NCBI GenBank assembly: GCA_964016885.1
Contig: OZ024742.1
Span: forward strand, 148,304,001-148,368,000
Reading direction: 5' to 3'
DNA from: Eledone cirrhosa
Lineage: Eukaryota
Length of the DNA stretch: 64,000 nucleotides
Position numbers and translations under genes: made by a program. The notes beneath the pieces are model-generated. The model was not told the DNA's origin, made no database searches, and saw only the letters and a program-made list of their open reading frames with translations. Below are positions 18,800 through 34,480 of the stretch, one piece after another (position 1 is the first letter of the stretch; each line of letters opens with the position of its first letter).

Positions 18800-21700
18800 C
18801 ATAACAACCATTACCACCACCATAACAACCATTACCACCTCCGCAATCATCACTACTACAAACATTACCACCTCCGCAATCATTACTACTACAACCATTA
18901 CCACCACCATAACAACCATTACCACCTCCGCAACCATTACTACTACAACCATTACCACCACCATAACAACCAATACCACCTCCGCAATCATTACTACTTC
19001 AACCATTACCACCACCATAACAACCAATACCACCTCCGCAATCATTACTACTACAACCATTACCACCACCATAACAACCATTACTACCACCGCAATCATC
19101 ACTACTACAAACATTACCACCACCGCAATCATTACTACTTCAAGCATTACCACCTCCGCAATCATTACTACTACAACCATTACCACCACCATAACAACCA
19201 TTACCACCTCCTCAAACATTACTACTACAAACATTACCACCACCGCAATCATTACTACTACAACCATTACCACCACCATAACAACCATTAACACCTCCGC
19301 AGTCATTACTAATACAACGATTACCACCCCCATAACAACAATTACCACCTCCGCAATCATTACTACTACAACCATTACTACCACCATAACAACCATTACC
19401 TCCACCATAACAAACATTACCACCACCGCAATCATTACTACTACAACCATTACCACCACCATAAGAAACATTACCACCACCATACCAACCATTACCACAA
19501 CCACACAGCCATTACCACCTCCGCAATCATTACTACTACAACCATTACCACCACAATAACAACCTTTACCACCCCCATAACTACCATTACCACCACCATA
19601 ACAACCATTACCACCTCTGCAATCATTACTACTAGAACCATTACCACCACCATAACAACCATTACCACCTCTGCAATCATTACTACTACAACCATTACCA
19701 CCACCATAACAACCATTACCACCACCATAACAACCATTACCACCTCTGCAATCATTACTACTACAACCATTACCACTACCATAACAACCATTACCACCTC
19801 CGCAATCATTACTACTACAACCATTACCACCACCATAACAACCATTACCACCTCCGCAATCATCACTACTACAAACATTACCACCTCCGCAATCATTACT
19901 ACTACAACCATTACCACCACCATAACAACCAATACCACCTCCGCAATCATTACTACTACAACAATTACCACCACCATAACAAACATTACCTCCTCCGCAA
20001 TCATTACTACTACAACCATTACCACCACCATAAGAAACATTACCACCACCACAACAGCCATTACCACCTCCACAATCATTACTACTACAACCATTACCAC
20101 CATCATAACAACCATTACAACCTCCGCAATCATTAATACTACAACCATTGCTACCAACATAACAACCACCACCACCTCCGCAATCATTATTACAACAACC
20201 ATTACCACCACCATAACAACCATTACCACCTCCGCAATCATTACTACTACAAACATTACCACCACCATAACCACCATTACCACCTCCGCAATCATTACTA
20301 CTACAACCATCACCACTACCATAACAACCATTACCACCTCCGCAATCATTACTACTTCAAGCATTACCACCTCCGCAATCATTACTACTACAACCATTAC
20401 CACCACCATAACAACCATTACCACCACCATAACAACCATTACCACCTCCGCAATCATCACTACTACAAACATTACCACCTCCGCAATCATTACTACTACA
20501 ACCATTACCACCACCATAACAACCATTACCACCTCCGCAACCATTACTACTACAACCATTACCACCACCATAACAACCAATACCACCTCCGCAATCATTA
20601 CTACTTCAACCATTACCACCACCATAACAACCAATACCACCTCCGCAATCATTACTACTACAACCATTACCACCACCATAACAACCATTACCACCACCGC
20701 AATCATCACTACTACAAACATTACCACCACCGCAATCATTACTACTTCAAGCATTACCACCTCCGCAATCATTACTACTACAACCATTACCACCACCATA
20801 ACAACCATTACCACCTCCTCAAACATTACTACTACAAACATTACCACCACCGCAATCATTACTACTACAACCATTACCACCACCATAACAACCATTAACA
20901 CCTCCGCAGTCATTACTAATACAACGATTACCACCCCCATAACAACAATTACCACCTCCGCAATCATTACTACTACAACCATTACTACCACCATAACAAC
21001 CATTACCTCCACCATAACAAACATTACCACCACCGCAATCATTACTACTACAACCATTACCACCACCATAAGAAACATTACCACCACCATACCAACCATT
21101 ACCACAACCACACAGCCATTACCACCTCCGCAATCATTACTACTACAACCATTACCACCACAATAACAACCTTTACCACCCCCATAACTACCATTACCAC
21201 CACCATAACAACCATTACCACCTCTGCAATCATTACTACTAGAACCATTACCACCACCATAACAACCATTACCACCTCTGCAATCATTACTACTACAACC
21301 ATTACCACCACCATAACAACCATTACCACCACCATAACAACCATTACCACCTCTGCAATCATTACTACTACAACCATTACCACTACCATAACAACCATTA
21401 CCACCTCCGCAATCATTACTACTACAACCATTACCACCACCATAACAACCATTACCACCTCCGCAATCATCACTACTACAAACATTACCACCTCCGCAAT
21501 CATTACTACTACAACCATTACCACCACCATAACAACCAATACCACCTCCGCAATCATTACTACTACAACAATTACCACCACCATAACAAACATTACCTCC
21601 TCCGCAATCATTACTACTACAACCATTACCACCACCATAAGAAACATTACCACCACCACAACAGCCATTACCACCTCCACAATCATTACTACTACAACCA

Positions 21701-23130
21701 TTACCACCATCATAACAACCATTACAACCTCCGCAATCATTAATACTACAACCATTGCTACCAACATAACAACCACCACCACCTCCGCAATCATTATTAC
21801 AACAACCATTACCACCACCATAACAACCATTACCACCTCCGCAATCATTACTACTACAAACATTACCACCACCATAACCACCATTACCACCTCCGCAATC
21901 ATTACTACTACAACCATCACCACTACCATAACAACCATTACCACCTCCGCAATCATTACTACTTCAAGCATTACCACCTCCGCAATCATTACTACTACAA
22001 CCATTACCACCACCATAACAACCATTACCACCACCATAACAACCATTACCACCTCCGCAATCATCACTACTACAAACATTACCACCTCCGCAATCATTAC
22101 TACTACAACCATTACCACCACCATAACAACCATTACCACCTCCGCAACCATTACTACTACAACCATTACCACCACCATAACAACCAATACCACCTCCGCA
22201 ATCATTACTACTTCAACCATTACCACCACCATAACAACCAATACCACCTCCGCAATCATTACTACTACAACCATTACCACCACCATAACAACCATTACCA
22301 CCACCGCAATCATCACTACTACAAACATTACCACCACCGCAATCATTACTACTTCAAGCATTACCACCTCCGCAATCATTACTACTACAACCTTTACCAC
22401 CACCATAACAACCATTACCACCTCCTCAAACATTACTACTACAAACATTACCACCACCGCAATCATTACTACTACAACCATTACCACCACCATAACAACC
22501 ATTAACACCTCCGCAGTCATTACTAATACAACGATTACCACCCCCATAACAACAATTACCACCTCCGCAATCATTACTACTACAACCATTACTACCACCA
22601 TAACAACCATTACCTCCACCATAACAAACATTACCACCACCGCAATCATTACTACTACAACCATTACCACCACCATAAGAAACATTACCACCACCATACC
22701 AACCATTACCACAACCACACAGCCATTACCACCTCCGCAATCATTACTACTACAACCATTACCACCACAATAACAACCTTTACCACCCCCATAACTACCA
22801 TTACCACCACCATAACAACCATTACCACCTCTGCAATCATTACTACTAGAACCATTACCACCACCATAACAACCATTACCACCTCTGCAATCATTACTAC
22901 TACAACCATTACCACCACCATAACAACCATTACCACCACCATAACAACCATTACCACCTCTGCAATCATTACTACTACAACCATTACCACTACCATAACA
23001 ACCATTACCACCTCCGCAATCATTACTACTACAACCATTACCACCACCATAACAACCATTACCACCTCCGCAATCATCACTACTACAAACATTACCACCT
23101 CCGCAATCATTACTACTACAACCATTACCA
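18800..23130. repeat. 1607-bp higher-order repeat (~2.6 copies)
   Basis: Landmarks at 19492/21099/22706 and TCAAGC variants at ~19141/20748/22355 are spaced by 1607 bp. Confidence 0.88.
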
Positions 23131-26100
23131 CCACCATAACAACCATTACCACCTCCGCAACCATTACTACTACAACCATTGCCACCACCATAACAACCAA
23201 TACCACCTCCGAAATCATTACTACTACAACCATTACCACCACATAACAACCAATACCACCTCCGCAATCATTATTACAACAACCATTACCACCACCATAA
23301 CAACCATTACCACCTCCGCAATCATTACTACTTCAACCATTACCACCACCATAACAACCAATACCACCTCCGCAATCATTATTACAACAACTATTACCAC
23401 CACCATAACAACCATTACCACCTCCGCAACCATTACTACTACAACCATTACCACCACCATAACAACCAATACCACCTCCGCAATCATTACTACTACAACC
23501 ATTACCACCACATAACAACCAATACCACCTCCGCAATCATTATTACAACAACCATTACCACCACCATAACAACCAATACCACCTCCGCAATCATTACTAC
23601 TACAACAATTACCACCACCATAACAAACATTACCTCCTCCGCAATCATTACTACTACAACCATTACCACCACCATAAGAAACATTACCACCACCACAACA
23701 GCCATTACCACCTCCACAATCATTACTACTACAACCATTACCACCATCATAACAACCATTACAACCTCCGCAATCATTAATACTACAACAATTGCTACCA
23801 ACATAACAACCATCACCACCTCCGCAATCATTATTACAACAACCATTACCACCACCATAACAACCATTACCACCTCCGCAATCATTACTACTACAACCAT
23901 TACCACCACCATAACCACCATTACCACCTCCGCAATCATTACTACTACAACCATCACCACTACCATAACAACCATTACCACCTCCGCAATCATTACTACT
24001 TCAAGCATTACCACCTCCGCAATCATTACTACTACAACCATTACCACCACCATAACAACCATTACCACCTCCGCAGTCATTACTAATACAACGATTACCA
24101 CCACCATAACAACAATTACCACCTCCGCAATCATTACTACTACAACCATTACTACCACCATAACAACCATTACCTCCACCATAACAACCATTACCACCAC
24201 CGCAATCATTACTACTACAACCATTACCACCACCATAACAAACATTACCACCACCATAACAACCATTGCCACCAACATAACAACCATTACCAACTCTGCA
24301 ATCATTACTACTACAACCATTACCACCACCATAACAACCATTACCACCTCTGCAATCATTACTACTACAACCATTACCACCACCATAACAACCATTACCA
24401 CCACCATAACAACCATTACCACCTCTGCAATCATTACTAATACAAACATTACCACTACCATAACAACCATTACCACCTCCGCAATCATTACTACTTCAAG
24501 CATTACCACCTCCGCAATCATTACTACTACAAACATTACCACCTCCGCAATCATTACTACTACAACCATTACCACCACCATAACAACCATTACCACCTCC
24601 GCAACCATTACTACTACAACCATTACCACCACCATAACAACCATTACCACCTCCGCAATCATCACTACTACAAACATTACCACCTCCGCAATCATTACTA
24701 CTACAACCATTACCACCACCATAACAACCATTACCACCTCCGCAACCATTACTACTACAACCATTACCACCACCATAACAACCAATACCACCTCCGCAAT
24801 CATTACTACTTCAACCATTACCACCACCATAACAACCAATTCCACCTCCGCAATCATTACTACTACAACCATTACCACCACCATAACAACCATTACCACC
24901 ACCGCAATCATCACTACTACAAACATTACCACCACCGCAATCATTACTACTACAATCATTACCACCACCATAACAACCTTTACCACCTCCGCAACCATTA
25001 CTACTACAACCATTACCACCACCATAACAACCATTACCACCTCCGCAATCAATACTACTACAATCATTACCACCACCATAACAAACATTACCACCTCCGC
25101 AACCATTACTACTAGAACCATTACCACTACCATAACAACCATTATCACCTCCGCAATCATTCCTACTACAACGATTACCACCACCATAACAACCATTACC
25201 ACCACGGCAATCATTACTACTACAACCATTACCACCACCTCAATCATTACTACTACAACCATTACCACCACCATAACAAACATTACCACCACCATAACAA
25301 CCATTACCACCTCCGCAATCATTACTACTACAACCATTACCACCACAATAACAACCATTACCACCCCCATAACTACCATTACCACCATCATAACAACCAT
25401 TACCACCTCTGCAATCATTACTACTAGAACCATTACCACCACCATAACAACCATTACCACCTCTGCAATCATTACTACTACAACCATTACCACCACCATA
25501 ACAACCATTACCACCTCTGCAATCATTACTACTACAACCATTACCACCACCATAACAACCATTACCACCTCCGCAATCATTACTACTACAACCATTACCA
25601 CCACCATAACAACCATTACCACCTCCGCAGTCATTACTAATACAACGATTACCACTACCATAACAACCATTACCACCTCCGCAATCATTACTACTACAAC
25701 CATTACTACCACCATAACAACCATTACCACCTCTGCAATCATTACTACTACAACCATTACTACCACCATAACAACCATTACCTCCACCATAACAACCATT
25801 ACCACCACCGCAATCATTACTACTACAACCATTACCACCACCATAAGAAACATTACCACCACCATACCAACCATTACCACAACCACACAGCTATTACCAC
25901 CTCCGCAATCATTACTACTACAACCATTACCACCACAATAACAACCATTACCACCCCCATAACTACCATTACCACCACCATAACAACCATTACCACCTCT
26001 GCAATCATTACTACTAGAACCATTACCACCACCATAACAACCATTACCACCTCTGCAATCATTACTACTACAACCATTACCACCACCATAACAACCAATA

Positions 26101-29100
26101 CCACCACCATAACAACCATTACCACCTCTGCAATCATTCCTACTACAACCATTACCACCACATAACAACCAATACCACCTCCGCAATCATTATTACAACA
26201 ACCATTACCACCACCATAACAACCATTACCACCTCCGCAATCATTACTACTACAACCATTACCACAACCATAACAACCATTACCACCTCCGCAATCATTA
26301 ATACTACAACCATTACCACCACCATAACAACCATTACCACCTCCGCAATCATTACTACTACAACAATTACCACCACCATAACAAACATTACCACCTCCGC
26401 AATCATTACTACTACAACCATTACCACCACCATAAGAAACATTACCACCACCACAACAGCCATTACCACCTCCGCAATCATTACTACTACAACCATTACC
26501 ACCATCATAACAACCATTACAACCTCCGCAATCATTAATACTACAACCATTGCTACCAACATAACAACCATCACCACCTCCGCAATCATTATTAGAACAA
26601 CCATTACCACCACCATAACAACCATTACCACCTCCGCAATAATTACTACTACAACCATTACCACCATCATAACCACCATTACCACCTCCGCAATCATTAC
26701 TACTACAACCATTACCACTACCATAACAACCATTACCACCTCCGTAATCATTACTACTACAACCATTACCACCACCATAACAAACATTACCACCTCCGCA
26801 ATCATTACTACTACAACCATTACCACTACCATAACAACCATTACCACCTCCGCAATCATTACTACTACAACCATTACCACCACCATAACAACCATTACCA
26901 CCTCCGCACTCATTACTACTACAACCATTTCCACTACCATAACAACCATTACCACCTCCGCAATCATTAATACTACAACCATTACCACCACCATAACCAC
27001 CATTACGACCTCCGCAATCATTACTACTACAACCATTACCACCACCATAATAACCATTACCACCTCCGCAATCATTACTACTACAACCATTACTACCACC
27101 ATAACAACTATTACCTCCACCATAACAACCATTACCACCACCGCAATCATTACTACTACAACCATTACCACCACCATAAGAAACATTACCACCACCGTAC
27201 CAACCATTACCAAAACCACACAGCCATTACCACCTCCGCAATCATTACTACTACAACCATTACCACCACAATAACAACCATTACCACCCCCATAACTACC
27301 ATTACCACCACCATAACAACCATTACCACCTCTGCAATCATTACTACTAGAACCATTACCACCACCATAACAACCATTACCACCTCTGCAATCATTACTA
27401 CTACAACCATTACCACCACCATAACAACCATTACCACCACCATAACAACCATTACCACCTCTGCAATCATTACTACTACAACCATTACCACTACCATAAC
27501 AACCATTACCACCTCCGCAATCATTACTACTACATCCATTACCACCACCATAACAACCATTACCACCTCCGCAATCATCACTACTACAAACATTACCACC
27601 TCCGCAATCATTACTACTACAACCATTACCACTACCATAACAACCAATACCACCTCCGCAATCATTACTACTACAACCATTACCACCACATAACAACCAA
27701 TACCACCTCCGCAATCATTATTACAACAACCATTACCCCCACCATAACAACCATTACCACCTCCGCAATCATCACTACTTCAACCATTACCACCACCATA
27801 ACAACCAATACCACCTCCGCAATCATTATTACAACAACCATTACCACCACCATAACAACCATTACCACCTCCGCAACCATTACTACTACAACCATTACCA
27901 CCACCATAACAACCATTACCACCTCCGCAATCATTACTACTACAACCATTACCACCACCATAACAACCATTACCACCTCCGCAATCATTACTACTACAAC
28001 CATTACCACCACCATAACAACCATTACCACCTCCGCAATCATTACTACTACAACAATTACCACCACCATAACAAACATTACCACCTCCGCAATCATTACT
28101 ACTACAACCATTACCACCACCATAAGAAACATTACCACCACCACAACAGCCATTACCACCTCCGCAATCATTACTACTACAACCATTACCACCATCATAA
28201 CAACCATTACAACCTCCGCAATCATTACTACTACAACCATTACCACCACCATAACAACCATCACCACCTCCGCAATCATTATTACAACAACCATTACCAC
28301 CACCATAACAACCATTACCACCTCCGCAATCATTACTACTACAACCATTACCACCACCATAACAAACATTACCACCTCCGCAATCATTACTACTACAACC
28401 ATTACCACCATCATAACCACCATTACCACCTCCGCAATCATTACTACTACAACCATTACCACCATCATAACCACCATTACCACCTCCGCAATCATTACTA
28501 CTACAAACATTACCACCTCCGCAATCATTACTACTACAACCATTACCACTACCATAACAACCATTACCACCTCCGCAATCATTACTACTACAACCATTAC
28601 CACTACCATAACAACCATTACCACCTCCGCAATCATTACTACTACAACCATTACCACCACCATAACAACCATTACCACCTCCGCAATCATTACTACTACA
28701 ACCATTACCACTACCATAACAACCATTACCACCTCCGCAATCATTAATACTACAACCATTACCACCACCATAACCACCATTACGACCTCCGCAATCATTA
28801 CTACTACAACTATTACCACCACCATAACAACCATTACCACCTCCGCAGTCATTAATAATACAACGATTACCACCACCATAACAACAATTACCACCTCCGC
28901 AATCATTACTACTACAACCATTACCACCACCATAACAAACATTACCACCACCAAAACAACCATTGCCACCTCCGCAATCTTTACTACTACAACCATTACC
29001 ACCACCATACCAAACATTACCACCACCACACAGCCATTACCACCTCCGCAATCATTACTACTACAACCATTACCACCAACATAACAACCATTACCACCTC

Positions 29101-32100
29101 TGCAATCATTACTACTAGATCCATTACCACCACCATAACAACCATTACCACGACCGCAACCATTACTACTACAACCATTAATACCACCATAACAAACATT
29201 ACCACCTCCGCAACCATAACTACTACAACCATTACCACCACCATAACCACCATTACCACCTCCGCAACCATTACTACTACAACGATTACAACCACCATAA
29301 CAACCATTACCACCTCCGCAATCATTACTACTACAACCATTACCACTACCATAACAACCATTACCACATCCGCAATCATTACTACTACAACGATTACAAC
29401 CACCATAACAACCATTACCACCTCCGCAATCATTACTACTACAACCATTACCACCACCATAACAACCATTACCACCTCCGCAACCATTACTACTACAACT
29501 ATTACCACCACCATAACAACCATTACCACCTCCGCAACCATTACTACTACAACCATTACCACTACCATAACAACCATTACCAGATCCGCAATCATTACTA
29601 CTACAACCATTACCACCACCATAACAACCATTACCACCTCCGCAACCATTACTACTACAACCATTACCACCACCATAACAACCATTACCACCTCCGCAAC
29701 CATTACTACTACAACCATTACCACTACCATAACAACCATTACCACATCCGCAATCATTACTACTACAACCATTACCACCACCATAACAACCATTACCACC
29801 TCCGCAACCATTACTTCTACAACCATTACCACCACCATAACAACCATTACCACCTCCGCAACCATTACTACTACAACCATTACCACCACCATAACAACCA
29901 TTACCACCTCCGCAACCATTACTACTACAACCATTACCACCACCATAACAACCATTACCACCTCCGCAACCATTACTACTACAACCATTACCACTACCAT
30001 AACAACCATTACCACATCCGCAATCATTACTACTACAACCATTACCACCACCATAACAACCATTACCACCTCCGCAACCATTACTACTACAACCATTACC
30101 ACCACCATAACAACCATTACCACCTCCGCAACCATTACTACTACAACCATTACCACCACCATAACAACCATTACCACCTCCGCAACCATTACTACTACAA
30201 CCATTACCACTACCATAACAACCATTACCACATCCGCAATCATTACTACTACAACCATTACCACCACCATAACAACCATTACCACCTCCGCAACCATTAC
30301 TACTACAACCATTACCACCATCATAACAACCATTACCACCTCCGCAATCATTATTACAACAACCATTACCACCACCATAACCACCATTACCACCTCCGCA
30401 AACATTACTACTACAACCATTACCACTACCATAACAACCATTACCACCTCCGCAATCATTACTACTACAACCATTACCACCACCATAACAACCATTACCA
30501 CCTCCGCAGTCATTACTACTACAACCATTACCACTACCATAACAACCATTACCACCTCCGCAATCATTACTACTACAACCATTACCACCACCATAACAAC
30601 CATTACCTCGACCGCAATCATTACTACTACAACCATTACCACCACCATAACAACCATTACCACAACCATAACAACCATTACCACCTCTGCAATCATTACT
30701 ACTACAACCATTACCACCACCAGAACAACCATTACCACCTCCGCAATCATTACTACTACAACCATTACCACCACCATAACAACCATTACCACAACCATAA
30801 CAACCATTACCACCTCTGCAATCATTACTACTACAACCATTACCACCACCAGAACAACCATTACCACCTCCGCAATTATTACTACTACAACCATTGCTAC
30901 CACCATAACAACCATTACCACCACCATAACAACCATTACCTCGAACGCAATCATTACTACTACAGCCATTGCTACCACCATAACAACCATTACCACCTCC
31001 GCAATCATTATTACTACAACCATTACCACCACCATAAAAACCATTACCACGACCGCAATCATTACTACTCCAACCATTACCACCACCATAACAACCATTA
31101 CCACCTCCGCAACCATTACTACTACAAACATTACCACCACCGCAATCATTACTACTACAACCATTACCACCACCATAACAACCATTACCACCTCCGCAGT
31201 CAATAATAATACAACGATTACCACCACCATAACAACAATTACCACCTCCGCAATCATTACTACTACAACCATTACTACCACCATTACAACCATTACCTCC
31301 ACCATAACAACCATTACCACCACCGCAATGATTACTACTACAACCATTACCACCAACATAAGAAACATTACCACCACCATACCAACCATTACCACAACCA
31401 CACAGCCATTACCACCTCCGCAATCATTACTACTACAACCATTACCACCACAATAACAACCATTACCACCCCCATAACTACCCTTACCACCACCATAACA
31501 ACCATTACCAGCTCTGCAATCATTACTACTACAACCATTACCACCACCATAACAACCATTACCACCACCATAACAACCATTACCACCTCCGCAATCATTA
31601 CTACTACAACCATTACCACCACCATAACAACCATTACCACCTCCGCAATCATCACTACTACAAACATTACCACCTCCGCAATTATTACTACTACAACCAT
31701 TACCACCACCATAACAACCATTACCACCTCCGCAATCATTACTACTACAACCATTACCACTACCATAACAACCATTACCACCTCCGCAATCATTACTACT
31801 ACAACCATTACCACCACCATAACAACCATTACCACCTCCGCAGTCATTAATAATACAACGATTACCACCACCATAACAACAATTACCACCTCCGCAATCA
31901 TTACTACTACAACCATTACCACCACCATAACAAACATTACCACCACCATAACAACCATTGCCACCTCCGCAATCTTTACTACTACAACCATTACCACCAC
32001 CATACCAAACATTACCACCACCACACAGCCATTACCACCTCCGCAATTATTACTACTACAACCATTGCTACCACCATAACAACCATTACCATCACCACCA

Positions 32101-33141
32101 CCATAACCATTACCACGACCGCAATCATTACTACTACAACCATTACCACCACCATAACAACCATTACCACCTCCGCAACCATTACTACTACAAACATTAC
32201 CACCACCGCAATCATTACTACTGCAACCATTACCACCACCATAACAACAATTACCACCTCCGCATTCATTACTACTACAACCATTACTACCACCATAACA
32301 ACCATTACCACCACCATAACAACCATTACAACCACCGCAATCATTACTACTACAACCATTACCACCACCATAACAAACATTACCACCACCATAACAACCA
32401 TTGCCACCGTCGCAATCTTTACTACTACAACCATTACCACCACGATACCAACCATTACCACAACCACACAGCCATTACCACCTCCGCAATCATTACTACT
32501 ACAACCATTACCACCACCATAACAACCATTACCACCAACATAACTACCATTACCACCACCATAACAACCATTACCACCTCTGCAATCATTACTACTAGAA
32601 CCATTACCACCACCACAACACCCATTACCTCGACCGCAATCATTACTACTACAACCATTGCTACCACCATAACAACCATTACCACCACCGCAATCATTAC
32701 TACTACAACCATTACCACCACCATAACAACCATTACCACCTCCGCAACCATTACCACCACCATAACAACCATTACCACCTCCGCAATCATTACTACTACA
32801 ACCATTACCACCACCATAACAACCATTACCACCTCCGCAATCATTATTACAACAACCATTACCACCACCATAACAACCATTACCACCACCATAACAACCA
32901 TTACCACCACCGCAATCATTACTACTTCAACCATTACCACCACCATAACAACCATTACCACCTCCGCTATCATTACTACTTCAACCATTACCACCTCCGC
33001 AATCATTAATACTACAACCATTACCACTGCCATAACAACCATTACCACCACCGCAATCATTACTACTACAACAATTACCACCACCATAACAACCATTACC
33101 ACCTCCACAATCATTACTACTACAAACATTACCACCACCAT

Positions 33142-34480
33142 ATGGTTTTTATGGTGGTGGTAATGGTCGTTATGGTGGTGGTAATGGTTGTAGTAATAAT
33201 GATTGCGGTGGTAGTAATGGTTGTTATGGTGGTGGTAATGGTTGTTATGGTGGTAGCAAGGGTTGTAGTAGTAATAATTGCGGAGGTGGTAATGATTGTT
33301 ATGGTGGTAGTAATGGTTGTTATAGTAACGATTGCGGAGTTGGTAATGGTTGTTATGGTGGTAGGAATGGTTGTATTAATAATGATTGCGGAGGTGGTAA
33401 TGGTTGTTATGGTGGGGGTAATGGTTGTTATGGTGGTAGTAATGGTTGTAGTAGTAATGATTGCGGAGGTGGTAATTGATGTTATGGTGGTGGTAATGGT
33501 TGTTATGGTGGTAGTAATGTTTGTAGTAGTAATGATTGCGGAGGTGGTAATGGTTGTTATGGTGGTGGTAATGGTTGTAGTAGTAATGCTTGCGGAGGTG
33601 GTAATGGTTGAAGTAGAAATGATTGCGGAGGTGGTAATGGTTGTATGGTGGTAGTAATGGTTGTAGTAGTAATGATTGCAGTGGTGGTAATGGTTGTTAT
33701 GGTGGTGGTAATGGTTGTAGTAGTAATGCTTGCGGAGGTAGTAATGGTTGAAGTAGAAATGATTAAGGAGGTGGTAATGGTTGTTATCGTGCTGGTAATG
33801 GTTGTAGTATTAATGATTGCGGAGGTGGTAATGGTTGTTATGGTGGTGGGAATGGTTGTTGTAATAATGATTGCGGAGGTGGTAATGGTTGTTATGATGG
33901 TGGTAATGGTTGTAGTAGTAGTGATTGCGGAGGTGGTAATGGTTGTTATGGTGGTGATAACGGTTGTAGTAGTAATGATTGCGGAGGTGGTAATGGTTGT
34001 TATGGTGGTGGTAATGGTTTTTATGGTGATGGTAATGGTTGTAGTAGTAATGATTGCGGAGGTGGTAATGGTTGGTATGGTGGTGGTAATGGTTGTAGTA
34101 GTAAAGATTGCGGAGGTGGTAATGGTTGTTATGGTGGTGGTAATCGTTGTAGTAGTAATGAGTGCGGAGGTGGTAATGGTTGTTATGGTAGTGGTAATGT
34201 TTGTAGTAGTAATGATTGCGGAGGTGGTAATGGTTGTTATGGTGGTGGTAATGGTTTTTATGGTGATGGTAATGGTTGTAGTAGTAATGATTGCGGAGGT
34301 GGTAATGTTTGTTATGGTGGTGGTAATGGTTGTAGTAGTAATGATTGTGGAGGTGTTAATGGTTGTTATGGTGGTGGTAATTGTTGTAGTAGTAATGATT
34401 GCGGAGGTGGTAATGGTTGTTATGGTAGTGGTAATGGTTGTAGTATTAATGATTGCGGAGGTGGTAATGGTTGAAGTATT
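33142..34480 (-). repeat. Inverted block of the satellite
   Basis: Sequence switches abruptly to the GT-rich reverse complement at ACCATATGGT (33137-33146) and switches back at GTATTAATAC (34476-34485). Confidence 0.97.
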
